Assembly: GCA_016938835.1 (NCBI GenBank) | Contig: JAFGTW010000037.1 | Coordinates: 9,918 to 73,917, forward strand | Source of the DNA: Patescibacteria group bacterium | Lineage (GTDB): Bacteria > Patescibacteriota > Patescibacteriia > Patescibacteriales > UBA12465 | DNA: 64,000 nucleotides | Direction of reading: 5' to 3' | Shown here: positions 17,316 through 26,353 of the stretch, piece by piece | How the letters are laid out: each line of letters opens with the position of its first letter | Position numbering within the stretch: the stretch's first letter is position 1 | The notes under the pieces: generated by a model | What the model saw: only the letters and a program-made list of their open reading frames with translations | What the model was told of the DNA's origin: nothing | The model's database searches: none | Program-made: the position numbers and the translations under genes

Positions 17316-19430
17316 ATGTTAAATTTAAAGGCTTTATTTGAGCCACGATCGGTGGCGATTGTTGGCGCTTCTACTCGCTTAGGCAGTGTTGGTAGTGATA
17401 CTTTGCGTAATTTAATTGTTTCTGGCTATAAAGGTAAAATTTATCCGGTTAATCCCAAGGTGAAATCATTGAATTCTTTGAAATGCTATGCTTCCTTAAG
17501 TCAGATTAAGAAGAATATTGATTTAGCTTTGATTATTGTGCCAGCAGCTATAGTGGCCACAGTCTTGCGCGAGGCAGGGGAATTGGGAATACCGGCCGCT
17601 ATAATAATTTCAGCTGGTTTTAGGGATGTTGGTAGAGATGATTTAGAACAAGAAATTATAGATATCGCTCAAAAATATAATATCGCTCTCCTTGGCCCTA
17701 ATTGTTTAGGTTTAATTAATCCGGCAAAAAAATTAAATTTAAGTTTTGCGCCATTAATGCCTGGTAAGGGTGGTTTAGCTTTTTTCAGTCAGAGTGGTGC
17801 TCTAGGGACGGCTATTATTGATACGGCTCGCGATTTAGGCTTAGGATTTTCAATTTTTGCCAGCGTTGGTAATAAAGCGGTTATTGATGAGGCTGATCTA
17901 ATTAACTATTGGCAACATGATGCTAAGACGAAAGTAATTGGCATTTATGCCGAAGAATTAAAGCGCCCGGAAATATTAGGTCCCGTTCTTGATAAGCTTC
18001 GTTCTGGTGTAAATGCCAAACCGGTAGTAATATTAAAATCGGGTCGTACTAAAATAGGAGCTAGTGCTAGTGCCTCTCACACTGGAGCGATGGCAGGAAA
18101 TGATGCTATTTATGACGCTTTTTTTGCAAAATATGGAGTAATTAGAGCTTATTCTGTTAATGAATTTTTTTCTTATTTACAGATTTTTAATAGTAATGAT
18201 AATTTACCCGCTAAAAATATCGCTATAGTTACTAATGCCGGCGGTCCCGGTATATTAGCCATTGATTCAGTGGCGGACAGCGATTTAGATGTTGCTAATT
18301 TATCAACTATAAGTAAACAAAAATTAAAAAAAATATTACCACCAGCTGCTTCTAATCATAATCCAATTGATTTATTGGGTGATGCTGGACCGGAAAGATA
18401 TTTAAGCGCTCTTGAAATTCTGTCGCATGATACTAAAGTTGATTCAGTGCTTGTTCTTGTTTCGCCGCAATCAATGACTAGAGTTGATGAATTGGCTAAG
18501 AGTTTAATTCTTTGGCGAAAAAAATGTCATAAGCCCGTAGCTATTTGTTTAATGGGATCATCAAGCATGCTTGCAAGTGCCTCTAAATTAAGACATTCAG
18601 GGTTAGCTGTTTATTTTTATCCCGAGGAAGCTGTTAAAGCCTTATCGGCGCTTGCTGTTTTTAATGAACTACGACACGTAGTGAGAAAAAATGATTTATT
18701 AAAATTACCTACAATTAGTCACACCTCTAGGCATGAGGCAGATAAATTTTTTATACAAGCTAAAGCTGAGTCTTTTCAAGCTTTGGCTGAGTTTCAGACT
18801 CTCCCTATTTTAAAGGCTTATGGCATCCCGACGCCGAAATTTATTGTAGTGGATAGTGATAAAGATGCTATTTTGGCGGCTAAATATTTTAATACTCCTG
18901 TTGCTTTAAAAATTGCCTCATCAGATATTTTACATAAGAGTGATAGTGGCGGTGTAATGCTAAATGTTCAGCCTCAAGATATCTCTTTAGCTCGTCGACG
19001 CTTATTAAAAGCAGTAGCTAAGAATAATTCGCGAGCTCGCTTGCAGGGCGTTTTAATTATGCCTATGATTGAATTTGGTGAAGCAGAGATAATTATTGGT
19101 GCAGTTAGAGATAAAAGTCTTGGGCATGCTTTAATGTTTGGTTGGGGCGGAATTTATGCGGAAGTTTTAAATGATTCATCCTTTATTTTACCGCCTTTTA
19201 ATGAGGACACAATTAAAAAAATGTTTAGTTCCGTGAAAGTTAATGCTTTGCTTAATGGTGTTCGTGGTGGCGGAGTAGTAGATAAGAAGGCTCTGATTGA
19301 TATTTTATTGCGTCTTTACTGTTTATTACGCGACCATCCAGAAATTAAAGAGATAGACTTAAATCCGGTTATTGCTTATACGAAAGGAGCAATGGTTTTA
19401 GATGCGAAAATTACTTTAAATAATAATTAA
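17316..19430 (+). CDS. acetate--CoA ligase (ADP-forming) / NDP-forming acyl-CoA synthetase, fused alpha-beta
   Basis: N-terminal CoA-binding and succinyl-CoA-synthetase-like domains (SVAIVGAS...) and a C-terminal ATP-grasp domain. About 700 aa, typical of the fused enzyme. Confidence 0.85.
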   Translation: MLNLKALFEPRSVAIVGASTRLGSVGSDTLRNLIVSGYKGKIYPVNPKVKSLNSLKCYASLSQIKKNIDLALIIVPAAIVATVLREAGELGIPAAIIISAGFRDVGRDDLEQEIIDIAQKYNIALLGPNCLGLINPAKKLNLSFAPLMPGKGGLAFFSQSGALGTAIIDTARDLGLGFSIFASVGNKAVIDEADLINYWQHDAKTKVIGIYAEELKRPEILGPVLDKLRSGVNAKPVVILKSGRTKIGASASASHTGAMAGNDAIYDAFFAKYGVIRAYSVNEFFSYLQIFNSNDNLPAKNIAIVTNAGGPGILAIDSVADSDLDVANLSTISKQKLKKILPPAASNHNPIDLLGDAGPERYLSALEILSHDTKVDSVLVLVSPQSMTRVDELAKSLILWRKKCHKPVAICLMGSSSMLASASKLRHSGLAVYFYPEEAVKALSALAVFNELRHVVRKNDLLKLPTISHTSRHEADKFFIQAKAESFQALAEFQTLPILKAYGIPTPKFIVVDSDKDAILAAKYFNTPVALKIASSDILHKSDSGGVMLNVQPQDISLARRRLLKAVAKNNSRARLQGVLIMPMIEFGEAEIIIGAVRDKSLGHALMFGWGGIYAEVLNDSSFILPPFNEDTIKKMFSSVKVNALLNGVRGGGVVDKKALIDILLRLYCLLRDHPEIKEIDLNPVIAYTKGAMVLDAKITLNNN

Positions 19431-19434
19431 TTTT

Positions 19435-20250
19435 ATGGAATTATTGTGGTTTTTACCGCCATTTATTTTGCTTTACATGAGTATTTGGTTTCTATTATCT
19501 TTATGGATAAGAAGACGAGATGTGGTTGATTTAGCTTGGGCTTCTGGCTTTGTTTTTTTAGCTTGGATAACCTTAAATTTTAGAGATATTATTTTGGATG
19601 AACGGGCTTATTGGGTTTTATTGCTTGTTACTGCATGGGGGCTGCGTTTATTTTTTCATAATTATAGGCGTAATTTAAACAAGGAAGATGATTGGCGTTA
19701 TCATCGTTGGCATAAAGACATGCCTCAATGGCATTATCGTAGTTTAAAAAATAGTCGTGCGTGCTGTGCTGCCTTTGCTGTTTATTCTAAGGTTTTTTTA
19801 TTTCAAGGAGCTTTAATGATGATTGTTGCTTTGCCGGTTGTCTATAGTTTGCGTTTAATATCCTTGCCTTTGTTTTCTGTAAATTATTTAGGCATCATTT
19901 TTTTACTTTCCGGCTTATTAATAGAAACAGTGGCCGATTTACAGCGCTACAGATTTTTAAAGAAAGAGGGTAATGCCGATAAGTTAATTACGACCGGCTT
20001 ATGGAAATTCAGTCGTCACCCTAATTACTTCGGAGAAATAATATTTTGGTGGGGTATGTATTTTCTAGTTTTAGGTGTCGCTAAGTCTTGGATGTTAATC
20101 GTGTCACCGCTAACTTTAACTTATGTTATGTTGTTTGTGTCTGGTCTACCGATGGAAGAGCGTTATCGCGGTCGTCCGGACTTTGAGGAGTATAAACGTC
20201 GCACTAGTGCTTTAATCCCTTGGTTTAGGAAAAAAATAAACACTCCTTAG
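19435..20250 (+). CDS. DUF1295/steroid-5-alpha-reductase-like membrane protein (ICMT/PEMT-like methyltransferase fold)
   Basis: Multi-TM protein with FSRHPNYFGEIIFWWG near the C-terminus. Confidence 0.6.
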   Translation: MELLWFLPPFILLYMSIWFLLSLWIRRRDVVDLAWASGFVFLAWITLNFRDIILDERAYWVLLLVTAWGLRLFFHNYRRNLNKEDDWRYHRWHKDMPQWHYRSLKNSRACCAAFAVYSKVFLFQGALMMIVALPVVYSLRLISLPLFSVNYLGIIFLLSGLLIETVADLQRYRFLKKEGNADKLITTGLWKFSRHPNYFGEIIFWWGMYFLVLGVAKSWMLIVSPLTLTYVMLFVSGLPMEERYRGRPDFEEYKRRTSALIPWFRKKINTP

Positions 20251-20347
20251 ATATACTTTTATCAAGAAAATAATTGTTATAATAATGACAATTATTTTTT
20301 TATTTGCCAATCGCTTAATGTAAGTAATGGTGATTTTGATATGAAAA

Positions 20348-20380
20348 AAGTCGCCTAATATGGGCGACTTTTATTATTTT
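20348..20380 (+). terminator. intrinsic terminator
   Basis: aagtcgcc-taatatg-ggcgactt perfect 8-bp stem followed by a T-rich tract. Confidence 0.7.
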
Positions 20381-20577
20381 GGTTAGTATTATTTTTTAAT
20401 GAAATATGATTTACTTCTTTTTTTTCTAATACCATGTGCCCAAATAAATAACTTGATAATTGTGATACCTTTTTTCATGTTTATAAGTTTAAATGAACAT
20501 TATTTAATTTTAGTACATCAAGTTATTTTACTCTTGTCAAGATGGCTTAAGAGAGTAATTCAGTATACAATATATAT

Positions 20578-21762
20578 ATGTTTGACGGTTTACCTTTAGC
20601 GGCTTATTTGCGCCCAAAAAAATTAAATGAAGTCGTTGGTCAGAAGCTTGTATTAAAAGCAGACGGCTGGCTTTTAGAGGCGATACGAAACGATCGCGTG
20701 CCTTCGCTTATTTTTTGGGGCCCGCCAGGCTCCGGAAAGACAACACTAGCTTCATTAATCGCTCAAGAAACAAAGGCGGACTTTATTCAATTATCGGCTA
20801 CGGAGAGTGGAGTTAAAGATTTAAAAGCAGTTGTAGACAAGGCTCGCTCTGGCAAACGTTTAGGCGTAAAAACTATCTTATTTATTGATGAAATTCATCG
20901 TTGGAATAAGTCGCAACAAGACGCCTTATTACCACAAGTGGAAAATGGAGTAATTACGCTTATCGGTGCCACTACCGAAAATCCCAGCTTTGCCGTTAAT
21001 GGTGCTTTACTTTCCCGTGTAAAAGTTGTTGTTCTGGAAGCTTTAAATGAAGAAGATTTAATGGTAATCGTAAAACGAGCGGCTAAAACTTTGTCGGTAA
21101 AAATTAAAGCCAATCCAGCGCGCTTAATTGCTCGCTTAGCTAATGGTGATGCTCGTCGGGCTATCGGCCTAGTGGAGACGGCGGTTGCTCATAATAAGGA
21201 TATTGACGTTGATTTGATTAAAGAAATTATTAATAAGCCGAATCTGCTTTATGATAAGAGCGGAGAGGAGCATTATAATTTGATTTCAGCTTTGCATAAA
21301 TCTATGCGGGGCAACAATGAGAACGCTTCTTTATACTATTTAGCAAGAATGCTTGAAGCTGGTGAAGATCCTTTGTATATTGCTCGCCGTCTCGTCCGTT
21401 TTGCTAGTGAGGACGTTGGCATGGCTAATAATAGCGCTCTTTTGTTGGCAACGGCTGTTTATGATGCCTGTAAAAATATTGGTATGCCGGAGTGTGGCGT
21501 GCATTTAGCTCATGCTGTCACCTATTTAGCCAAGGCCGCTAAGAACATCGATGTTTATCAAGCTTTTAATGAGGCGATGACTGAGGTAAGAAATAGTGGC
21601 AATTTACCTGTGCCTCTACATTTACGTAATGCCCCGACAAAATTAATGAAGAATCTCGGCTACGGCAAGGATTATAAATATACACCCTTAGAAGATGATT
21701 CAAATCAAGAATATTTACCTGAAGCTTTAAAGGGGCGTAAGTTTTTTCGACCAAAAAAATAA
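20578..21762 (+). CDS. rarA: replication-associated recombination protein A (AAA+ ATPase RarA/MgsA)
   Basis: Walker A GPPGSGKTTLA, Walker B ILFIDEIHR and the MgsA C-terminal helical domains. Confidence 0.9.
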   Translation: MFDGLPLAAYLRPKKLNEVVGQKLVLKADGWLLEAIRNDRVPSLIFWGPPGSGKTTLASLIAQETKADFIQLSATESGVKDLKAVVDKARSGKRLGVKTILFIDEIHRWNKSQQDALLPQVENGVITLIGATTENPSFAVNGALLSRVKVVVLEALNEEDLMVIVKRAAKTLSVKIKANPARLIARLANGDARRAIGLVETAVAHNKDIDVDLIKEIINKPNLLYDKSGEEHYNLISALHKSMRGNNENASLYYLARMLEAGEDPLYIARRLVRFASEDVGMANNSALLLATAVYDACKNIGMPECGVHLAHAVTYLAKAAKNIDVYQAFNEAMTEVRNSGNLPVPLHLRNAPTKLMKNLGYGKDYKYTPLEDDSNQEYLPEALKGRKFFRPKK

Positions 21763-21763
21763 C

Positions 21764-22441
21764 TTAGTAGCGCTTTAAACTAAATTTATAACCGCGTCCA
21801 GCAAAGGTATGAATGTAATCAATTTCTTCATCCTGGTTTAACTTTTTACGTAAACTCATAATATGAGCCTCAATCGTATTAGAGAAAGGGTCAGCATTAT
21901 TTTCCCAAACTTGGTCCATAATTTGGCTACGTGATAAAATTTCATCGCGTCGATGAAAAAATAGTTCAAGTAGAGCATACTCTTTGCCGGTTAAATATAT
22001 ACGTCTCCCGTTTCTCAGTGCTAACTGACTTTTTGTGTCAAGTGCTAATTTTCCTATTTTTAAAATTTTATCTCTAATATTTTGAGGACGACGAGTTAAA
22101 GCTTCTACTCGCCACAGAAACTCTTCAAATAAAAATGGCTTAGTAAGATAGTCATCAGCTCCTAATTTAAACATTTCGCCTTTTTTATCTAGTTCGGCGT
22201 TAACTGTTAGAGTGAGAACGGGGCTCATGACTCCAGCTTTTCTTATCTCTTTTAAAACTTGGGTGCCGTTCATTTTCGGTAAATTATTATCTAGTACGAT
22301 TAAATCGTAATGATTACGGCGAGCGAGATAAGAACCTTCTTCACCGTCATAAGCGGAGTCAACCACATAAGCTTTAGCTTTAAGGCCTTTGCTTAAAAAG
22401 GCAACAATGTCTTTTTCATCATCAATAATTAATATTTTCAT
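21764..22441 (-). CDS. OmpR-family response regulator (receiver plus winged-helix DNA-binding domain)
   Basis: Receiver domain with phospho-acceptor Asp in LIVLDNNLP. The C-terminal trans_reg_C domain contains YRFSLKRY-like winged-helix blocks. No histidine kinase gene is adjacent. Confidence 0.85.
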   Translation of the reverse strand: MKILIIDDEKDIVAFLSKGLKAKAYVVDSAYDGEEGSYLARRNHYDLIVLDNNLPKMNGTQVLKEIRKAGVMSPVLTLTVNAELDKKGEMFKLGADDYLTKPFLFEEFLWRVEALTRRPQNIRDKILKIGKLALDTKSQLALRNGRRIYLTGKEYALLELFFHRRDEILSRSQIMDQVWENNADPFSNTIEAHIMSLRKKLNQDEEIDYIHTFAGRGYKFSLKRY

Positions 22442-22595
22442 ATTTATTATAATTAAGCTCTCTAAGGTGGAGCTGCCTTAATCATAACTTTTTTAAGATA
22501 ATCACCGTTTAACCATTATTAAACGAAAAAATTACAGATGGTGGACAAGCTGGGAGAGCTGATTTATAATAATAATAGAATAAATAAGAAATTTT

Positions 22596-23879
22596 ATGTC
22601 TAAAATAAAATTAAGCAATCAAGAACCAAAAGGTACTAGCGATTGGTTTCCGGCAGAATTGGCCTTGCGTCATTACATTTTTAATACTTGGCGTCAGGTT
22701 TGTCGTAGTTATGGCTTTCAAGAATACTTAACTCCCTTGGTTGAATCAGCAGAAATTTATCGGGCTAAATCAGGCGAAGATATAGGCGGTAAGGAGTTGG
22801 TGACTTTTACCGATATGGGGGGCAGGGAACTTTGTATCCGTCCAGAGATGACCCCTTCAGTTACTCGTTTAATTTCAAAAATTTACACATCCTCACCTAA
22901 ACCCTTGAAATTTTTTTCCATTGCTAATTTTATGCGCAATGAAAAACCTCAACGCGGTCGCAACCGAGAGTTTTGGCAGCTAAATTGTGATATTTTTGGT
23001 AGCGCTTCTTTGGCGGCCGATTTGGAAATTCTGCAACTATCCTTAGATATTATGCAGGCCTTCGGTGCTCCGGCGGAATCGTTCACCCTTCGTCTTAATA
23101 GTCGCCGTTTGCTGGATAATTTATTGCCGGTTTTTGGTATAAAAACTAAAGAGCCAGTCCTAGTTTTTAGAATTTTAGACAAATTTGGTAAGCTTAGTGC
23201 CGATGAATTTAAGCGTCGTTTACAGGAATTAAAAATCAGTGAAGATTCAGTAAAGCTACTGTTTGATTTCATGTCTGGAAAAAAACAGGACATGTTTCTT
23301 GAGGCTTTGACTGATAATAAAGAGCTGCAAGCGGCAAAAGCGGAAATTGATTTTGTTTTAAACCAATTAAAAGTGCTCGGTTATACGCAGGCTAAATTTG
23401 ACCCAGCTCTTATTAGAGGTTTTGATTATTATGATGGCCTTGTTTTTGAAGTTTTTGATAATCATCCCGATAACCGTCGCGCCCTATTTGGCGGTGGACG
23501 TTATAATGGTTTAGCTCAGCTTTTTGGCACGGAGAGTTTTCCGGCAGTTGGTGTTGCCCCTGGTGATGAAACCACAAAATTATTTTTAGAAAGCTGGAAA
23601 TTATTACCAAAGTTTGAGGATCAGCGCTATTATCTGCCATTACTGAGCTTTGATTTATTGGCTGATACTCAGCATCTAGCTTCCGTTCTGCGTCAGGAGG
23701 GCAAAGAAGTATTATTTGCTTTTGAACCACAAAGACCAGGTAAGGCCTTGGAATTTGCTAATAAGCAAGGAATAGACAAGGTTGTGATTTTTGCTAATGA
23801 AGAAAAGTTGACTGGTAAGTATAAGATTAAGAATATGCAGACTGGTGAAGAGAAAATTTTTTCTTTACCTAAATTTTAA
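22596..23879 (+). CDS. hisS: histidine--tRNA ligase
   Basis: Class II motifs, the HisRS-specific block FDPALIRGFDYYDGLVFE, and a C-terminal anticodon-binding domain. Confidence 0.9.
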   Translation: MSKIKLSNQEPKGTSDWFPAELALRHYIFNTWRQVCRSYGFQEYLTPLVESAEIYRAKSGEDIGGKELVTFTDMGGRELCIRPEMTPSVTRLISKIYTSSPKPLKFFSIANFMRNEKPQRGRNREFWQLNCDIFGSASLAADLEILQLSLDIMQAFGAPAESFTLRLNSRRLLDNLLPVFGIKTKEPVLVFRILDKFGKLSADEFKRRLQELKISEDSVKLLFDFMSGKKQDMFLEALTDNKELQAAKAEIDFVLNQLKVLGYTQAKFDPALIRGFDYYDGLVFEVFDNHPDNRRALFGGGRYNGLAQLFGTESFPAVGVAPGDETTKLFLESWKLLPKFEDQRYYLPLLSFDLLADTQHLASVLRQEGKEVLFAFEPQRPGKALEFANKQGIDKVVIFANEEKLTGKYKIKNMQTGEEKIFSLPKF

Positions 23880-23916
23880 TTTGACAAGAAAGTAATTCCG
23901 TATTTAAATATAAGAG

Positions 23917-23942
23917 ATTAGGAAAATCCTAATTTCTTTTTA
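23917..23942 (+). terminator. intrinsic terminator after hisS
   Basis: attagg-aaaat-cctaat stem followed by ttcttttt. Confidence 0.6.
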
Positions 23943-23963
23943 AGTTCATTTAAAAAAAGCAGA

Positions 23964-24629
23964 ATGGTACAGAATGTTATTTTTGATGCTGATGGCGTCT
24001 TACTTCTTTCAATTAAAGTTGGTATTAATACTATGTTGGAAGCCATTAAAATTTGTGATTTGAATAGTCCAACGTATAATGAAGTACTTCAGGTTTGGGG
24101 GGGAAATTTAGAGTCTGAATTATTACCCCTATTGGCTTCAAGATATAATTGGCCAGCAGGAAGTGTACAAAAAGTAGTTAATCTTTTTTTAGCTTTGTCA
24201 GAATCAACGGTGTATCCTCAACAACCAAAACTTCTTAAAACTTTGGAATATCTGAGTAGGCGTTATAATCTTGGCATCGCTTCTAATCGTGATGCTCATA
24301 GCTTGGATTGGCGCTTGCGTCAGCATGGTATCAAAAAGAGCCTATTTAAACACATTCAAACATCTGATGATGGTATTAATAAACCCGATCCCAGAGTATT
24401 TGATAAATTTTGGAATGGTCATGTTGGTTTTAACCCTAGGCAGACCTTATATGTGGGTGACAGCATTAAACACGACTTAGTGGTTGCTCGTATGCATAAT
24501 CCACCTCTTGCCTTCATTGCTATTACCAGCGGTCTTCATTCTACCGGAGAATTTGTTCGTGCCGGAGTTAAAGTAACACATATTTTTAAGAGTGTAATCG
24601 AATTGCCTGACATGATGCACACTTTTTAA
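23964..24629 (+). CDS. HAD-superfamily hydrolase (phosphatase)
   Basis: Motif I FDADGVLL and further HAD blocks (GIASN; VGDSIKHD). Confidence 0.7.
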   Translation: MVQNVIFDADGVLLLSIKVGINTMLEAIKICDLNSPTYNEVLQVWGGNLESELLPLLASRYNWPAGSVQKVVNLFLALSESTVYPQQPKLLKTLEYLSRRYNLGIASNRDAHSLDWRLRQHGIKKSLFKHIQTSDDGINKPDPRVFDKFWNGHVGFNPRQTLYVGDSIKHDLVVARMHNPPLAFIAITSGLHSTGEFVRAGVKVTHIFKSVIELPDMMHTF

Positions 24630-24644
24630 AATAATTTCTTGTTA

Positions 24645-24680
24645 CAAAAAACGCCCATATTTATGTGGCGTTTTTCTTTT
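24645..24680. terminator. bidirectional intrinsic terminator between the convergent HAD hydrolase and rnhB genes
   Basis: A-tract, then acgccca...tgggcgt-like imperfect stem, then T-tract. It overlaps the rnhB stop codon. Confidence 0.55.
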
Positions 24681-25302
24681 TATCTTTTTTAATGGCAAAG
24701 GGGGCAAAGCTGAGACGATGGATGGGGCAGGGACCGAACTCTTTTATTTTTTCTAAATGACGTTTCGTGCCATAGCCTTTATGTCGAGCAAATTCATATT
24801 CAGGATATTTTTTATCGGCTTCTAACATTAACCAGTCACGACTTACCTTAGCAATAATTGAGGCAGCAGCAATACAGAAAACTTTAGCATCGCCATCAAC
24901 AATTGCTTCCTGTTTTTGATCTATGCCGGGAACTTTTAAATTACCGTCAACGAGTAAATAGTCTGGTTTTAAACTTAGTCTTTCTAGAGCCTGGCGCATG
25001 GCGGCAAAAGTTCCTTGTAAAATATTAATTTTATCAATCACGCGATTATTAACAACTCCAATTTCTACGGCTGCCGCTTTATCTTTAATGATTTTAAATA
25101 AGAGTTCCCGTTTTTTTGGGCTTAGTTTTTTAGAATCGGCGACTAGAGCTAATTCTTCATTATCAATTTTAAAATCAGGACCAATAGCAACACAGGCGGC
25201 AACAACTGGACCACAAAGAGGGCCGCGTCCAGCTTCATCAATGCCGGCGATCAGTTTATATCCTTTTTTAAATATTTTTTGTTCCCAAGTTAAATCTAAC
25301 AT
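24661..25302 (-). CDS. rnhB: ribonuclease HII
   Basis: GIDEAGRGPLCGPVVAA catalytic motif and the RNase HII fold blocks. Confidence 0.9.
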   Translation of the reverse strand: MLDLTWEQKIFKKGYKLIAGIDEAGRGPLCGPVVAACVAIGPDFKIDNEELALVADSKKLSPKKRELLFKIIKDKAAAVEIGVVNNRVIDKINILQGTFAAMRQALERLSLKPDYLLVDGNLKVPGIDQKQEAIVDGDAKVFCIAAASIIAKVSRDWLMLEADKKYPEYEFARHKGYGTKRHLEKIKEFGPCPIHRLSFAPFAIKKDKKKNAT

Positions 25303-25516
25303 ATAAAAATTATAGCACTCTGATGGTTAAGAAACTAGTATTTTATTCTAAATTATTGAAATGAGTAGGAAATATATTTATTCTCTAAGAATTTTTTATT
25401 TAAAATTATGTTTTTCGTTTTTTCTTGGTCTTTACAAAGCTTTTTGGCTGTGGCAAGCTATTATTAATGATAAATTGTCCCGCTGCCTTGTTTACCGGCG
25501 GGCAGACGACAGGCAG

Positions 25517-25600
25517 GCCCGGATGGCGGAACTGGTAGACGCGCTAGCTTCAGGTGCTAGTCTTCGTAAGGAGGTGGGGGTTCAAGTCCCCCTTCGGGCA
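25517..25600 (+). tRNA. tRNA-Leu (anticodon CAG), type II with long variable arm
   Basis: Cloverleaf folds by eye: acceptor GCCCGGA/UUCGGGC, D-arm GCGG...CGCG, anticodon stem CUAGC/GCUAG, loop UUCAGGU. T-arm is GGGGG-UUCAAGU-CCCCC. Near-identical in architecture to enterobacterial tRNA-Leu(CAG). CCA is not encoded. Confidence 0.9.
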
Positions 25601-25617
25601 CTTAAATTTGTTCATAA

Positions 25618-25992
25618 ATGAATATATGTATGAATAATCATTTTGAATTATCAAGTGCAATCTACAATAAAAATGAAAAAGCTTGGCAGAAGAGCACTTC
25701 TGAAATTTCTGCTTTTATATTAAAACATTTAAAAATTAGTAAAGATTTTTTTGAGTTTATTTGTGGGCAAGAAATAGATGAAGCTAAAGCTGATCGTTGG
25801 CAGCAACGTTTACATGATTTGTTAGTTAAGGCGCAAAAAAGAGCAGGTTATCAAATTGATGAGCAGACTTTATTATTGGCCGCTCGGCAACACCTTGTTG
25901 ATCGAATAAACAGCGGTGAATTGGGAGAATCTCGTATTTATAAAAAATTTATTGAACTGGATGTAGAGGATTTTAAGTTGAAAATATCATAA
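25618..25992 (+). CDS. hypothetical protein (124 aa)
   Basis: ORF immediately downstream of tRNA-Leu. No recognisable motif. Confidence 0.4.
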   Translation: MNICMNNHFELSSAIYNKNEKAWQKSTSEISAFILKHLKISKDFFEFICGQEIDEAKADRWQQRLHDLLVKAQKRAGYQIDEQTLLLAARQHLVDRINSGELGESRIYKKFIELDVEDFKLKIS

Positions 25993-26124
25993 GAGGATAT
26001 TATTTTATAAAGGGTTACTGAATATAGTAATCTTTTTTAATTTAATCTAAATTAACCTTGATTGGTATTGATTTTATGATATGTAATGATGAAAATATAT
26101 AATTTATAGAGCAGTGAAGGTAAC

Positions 26125-26162
26125 GCTAATAAAAAAGAGGGCGACAAATTTGCGCGCCCTCT
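26125..26162 (-). terminator. orphan minus-strand intrinsic terminator
   Basis: On the minus strand, agagggcg-(11 nt loop)-cgccctct perfect 8-bp GC-rich stem followed by uuuuuuauu. On the + strand there is no T-tract after the stem. No minus-strand ORF lies upstream of it. Confidence 0.6.
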
Positions 26163-26240
26163 CAACAGGTTACATTAAAAAGCAGTGAAAAACGTAACTT
26201 GTAACTTGATATCAGTTAACATTTTTGTTAATTGTTGAAA
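26125..26240 (-). ncRNA. candidate small non-coding RNA (about 110 nt) transcribed from the minus strand
   Basis: A minus-strand sigma70-like promoter is followed about 100 nt downstream by the orphan terminator. The -35 TTGACT is at 26270-26265, the spacer is 17 nt, and the -10 TAAAAT is at 26247-26242. There is no ORF. Internal inverted repeats (ttaac...gttaa; acaggttac...gtaacttgt) are present. Confidence 0.25.
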
Positions 26241-26283
26241 TATTTTAGTATATTTTTAAAATTAAGTCAAGGTCTTAATTATA

Positions 26284-26312
26284 TTGACATCCAACTTTTT
26301 AAGTAATAGATT
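26284..26312 (+). promoter_or_regulatory. putative sigma70-like promoter for the 26354 gene, divergent from the sRNA promoter
   Basis: TTGACA (26284-26289), 17 nt spacer, then TAGATT. The -10 element is weak. Confidence 0.3.
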
Positions 26313-26353
26313 TTTTCATAATGTATGCTAAACTAAGTAAGTAAAGATATTTT

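Noticed and set aside
20399-20599. 66-aa hydrophobic ORF in the 327-bp gap upstream of rarA
   Set aside because: AT-rich intergenic sequence, low-complexity hydrophobic translation and no ribosome-binding site. It overlaps the likely rarA promoter and start. Most likely non-coding.
22442-22595. Possible T-box leader upstream of hisS
   Set aside because: The region is only about 150 nt and shared with the divergent response-regulator gene. No T-box consensus (AGGGUGGNACCGCG) or specifier-loop/antiterminator arrangement is found. The aaggtggagctgcc resemblance is too weak.
25361-25621. 86-aa ORF in the six-frame track
   Set aside because: It completely overlaps the tRNA-Leu gene on the same strand. 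It is an artefact of the open frame across the tRNA.
26125-26240. Identity of the candidate sRNA as SRP (4.5S) RNA or another housekeeping RNA
   Set aside because: The conserved SRP domain IV motif (GGAAGCAGCC-like) is absent, and it is too short for RNase P, tmRNA or 6S RNA. It is left as an unclassified candidate.
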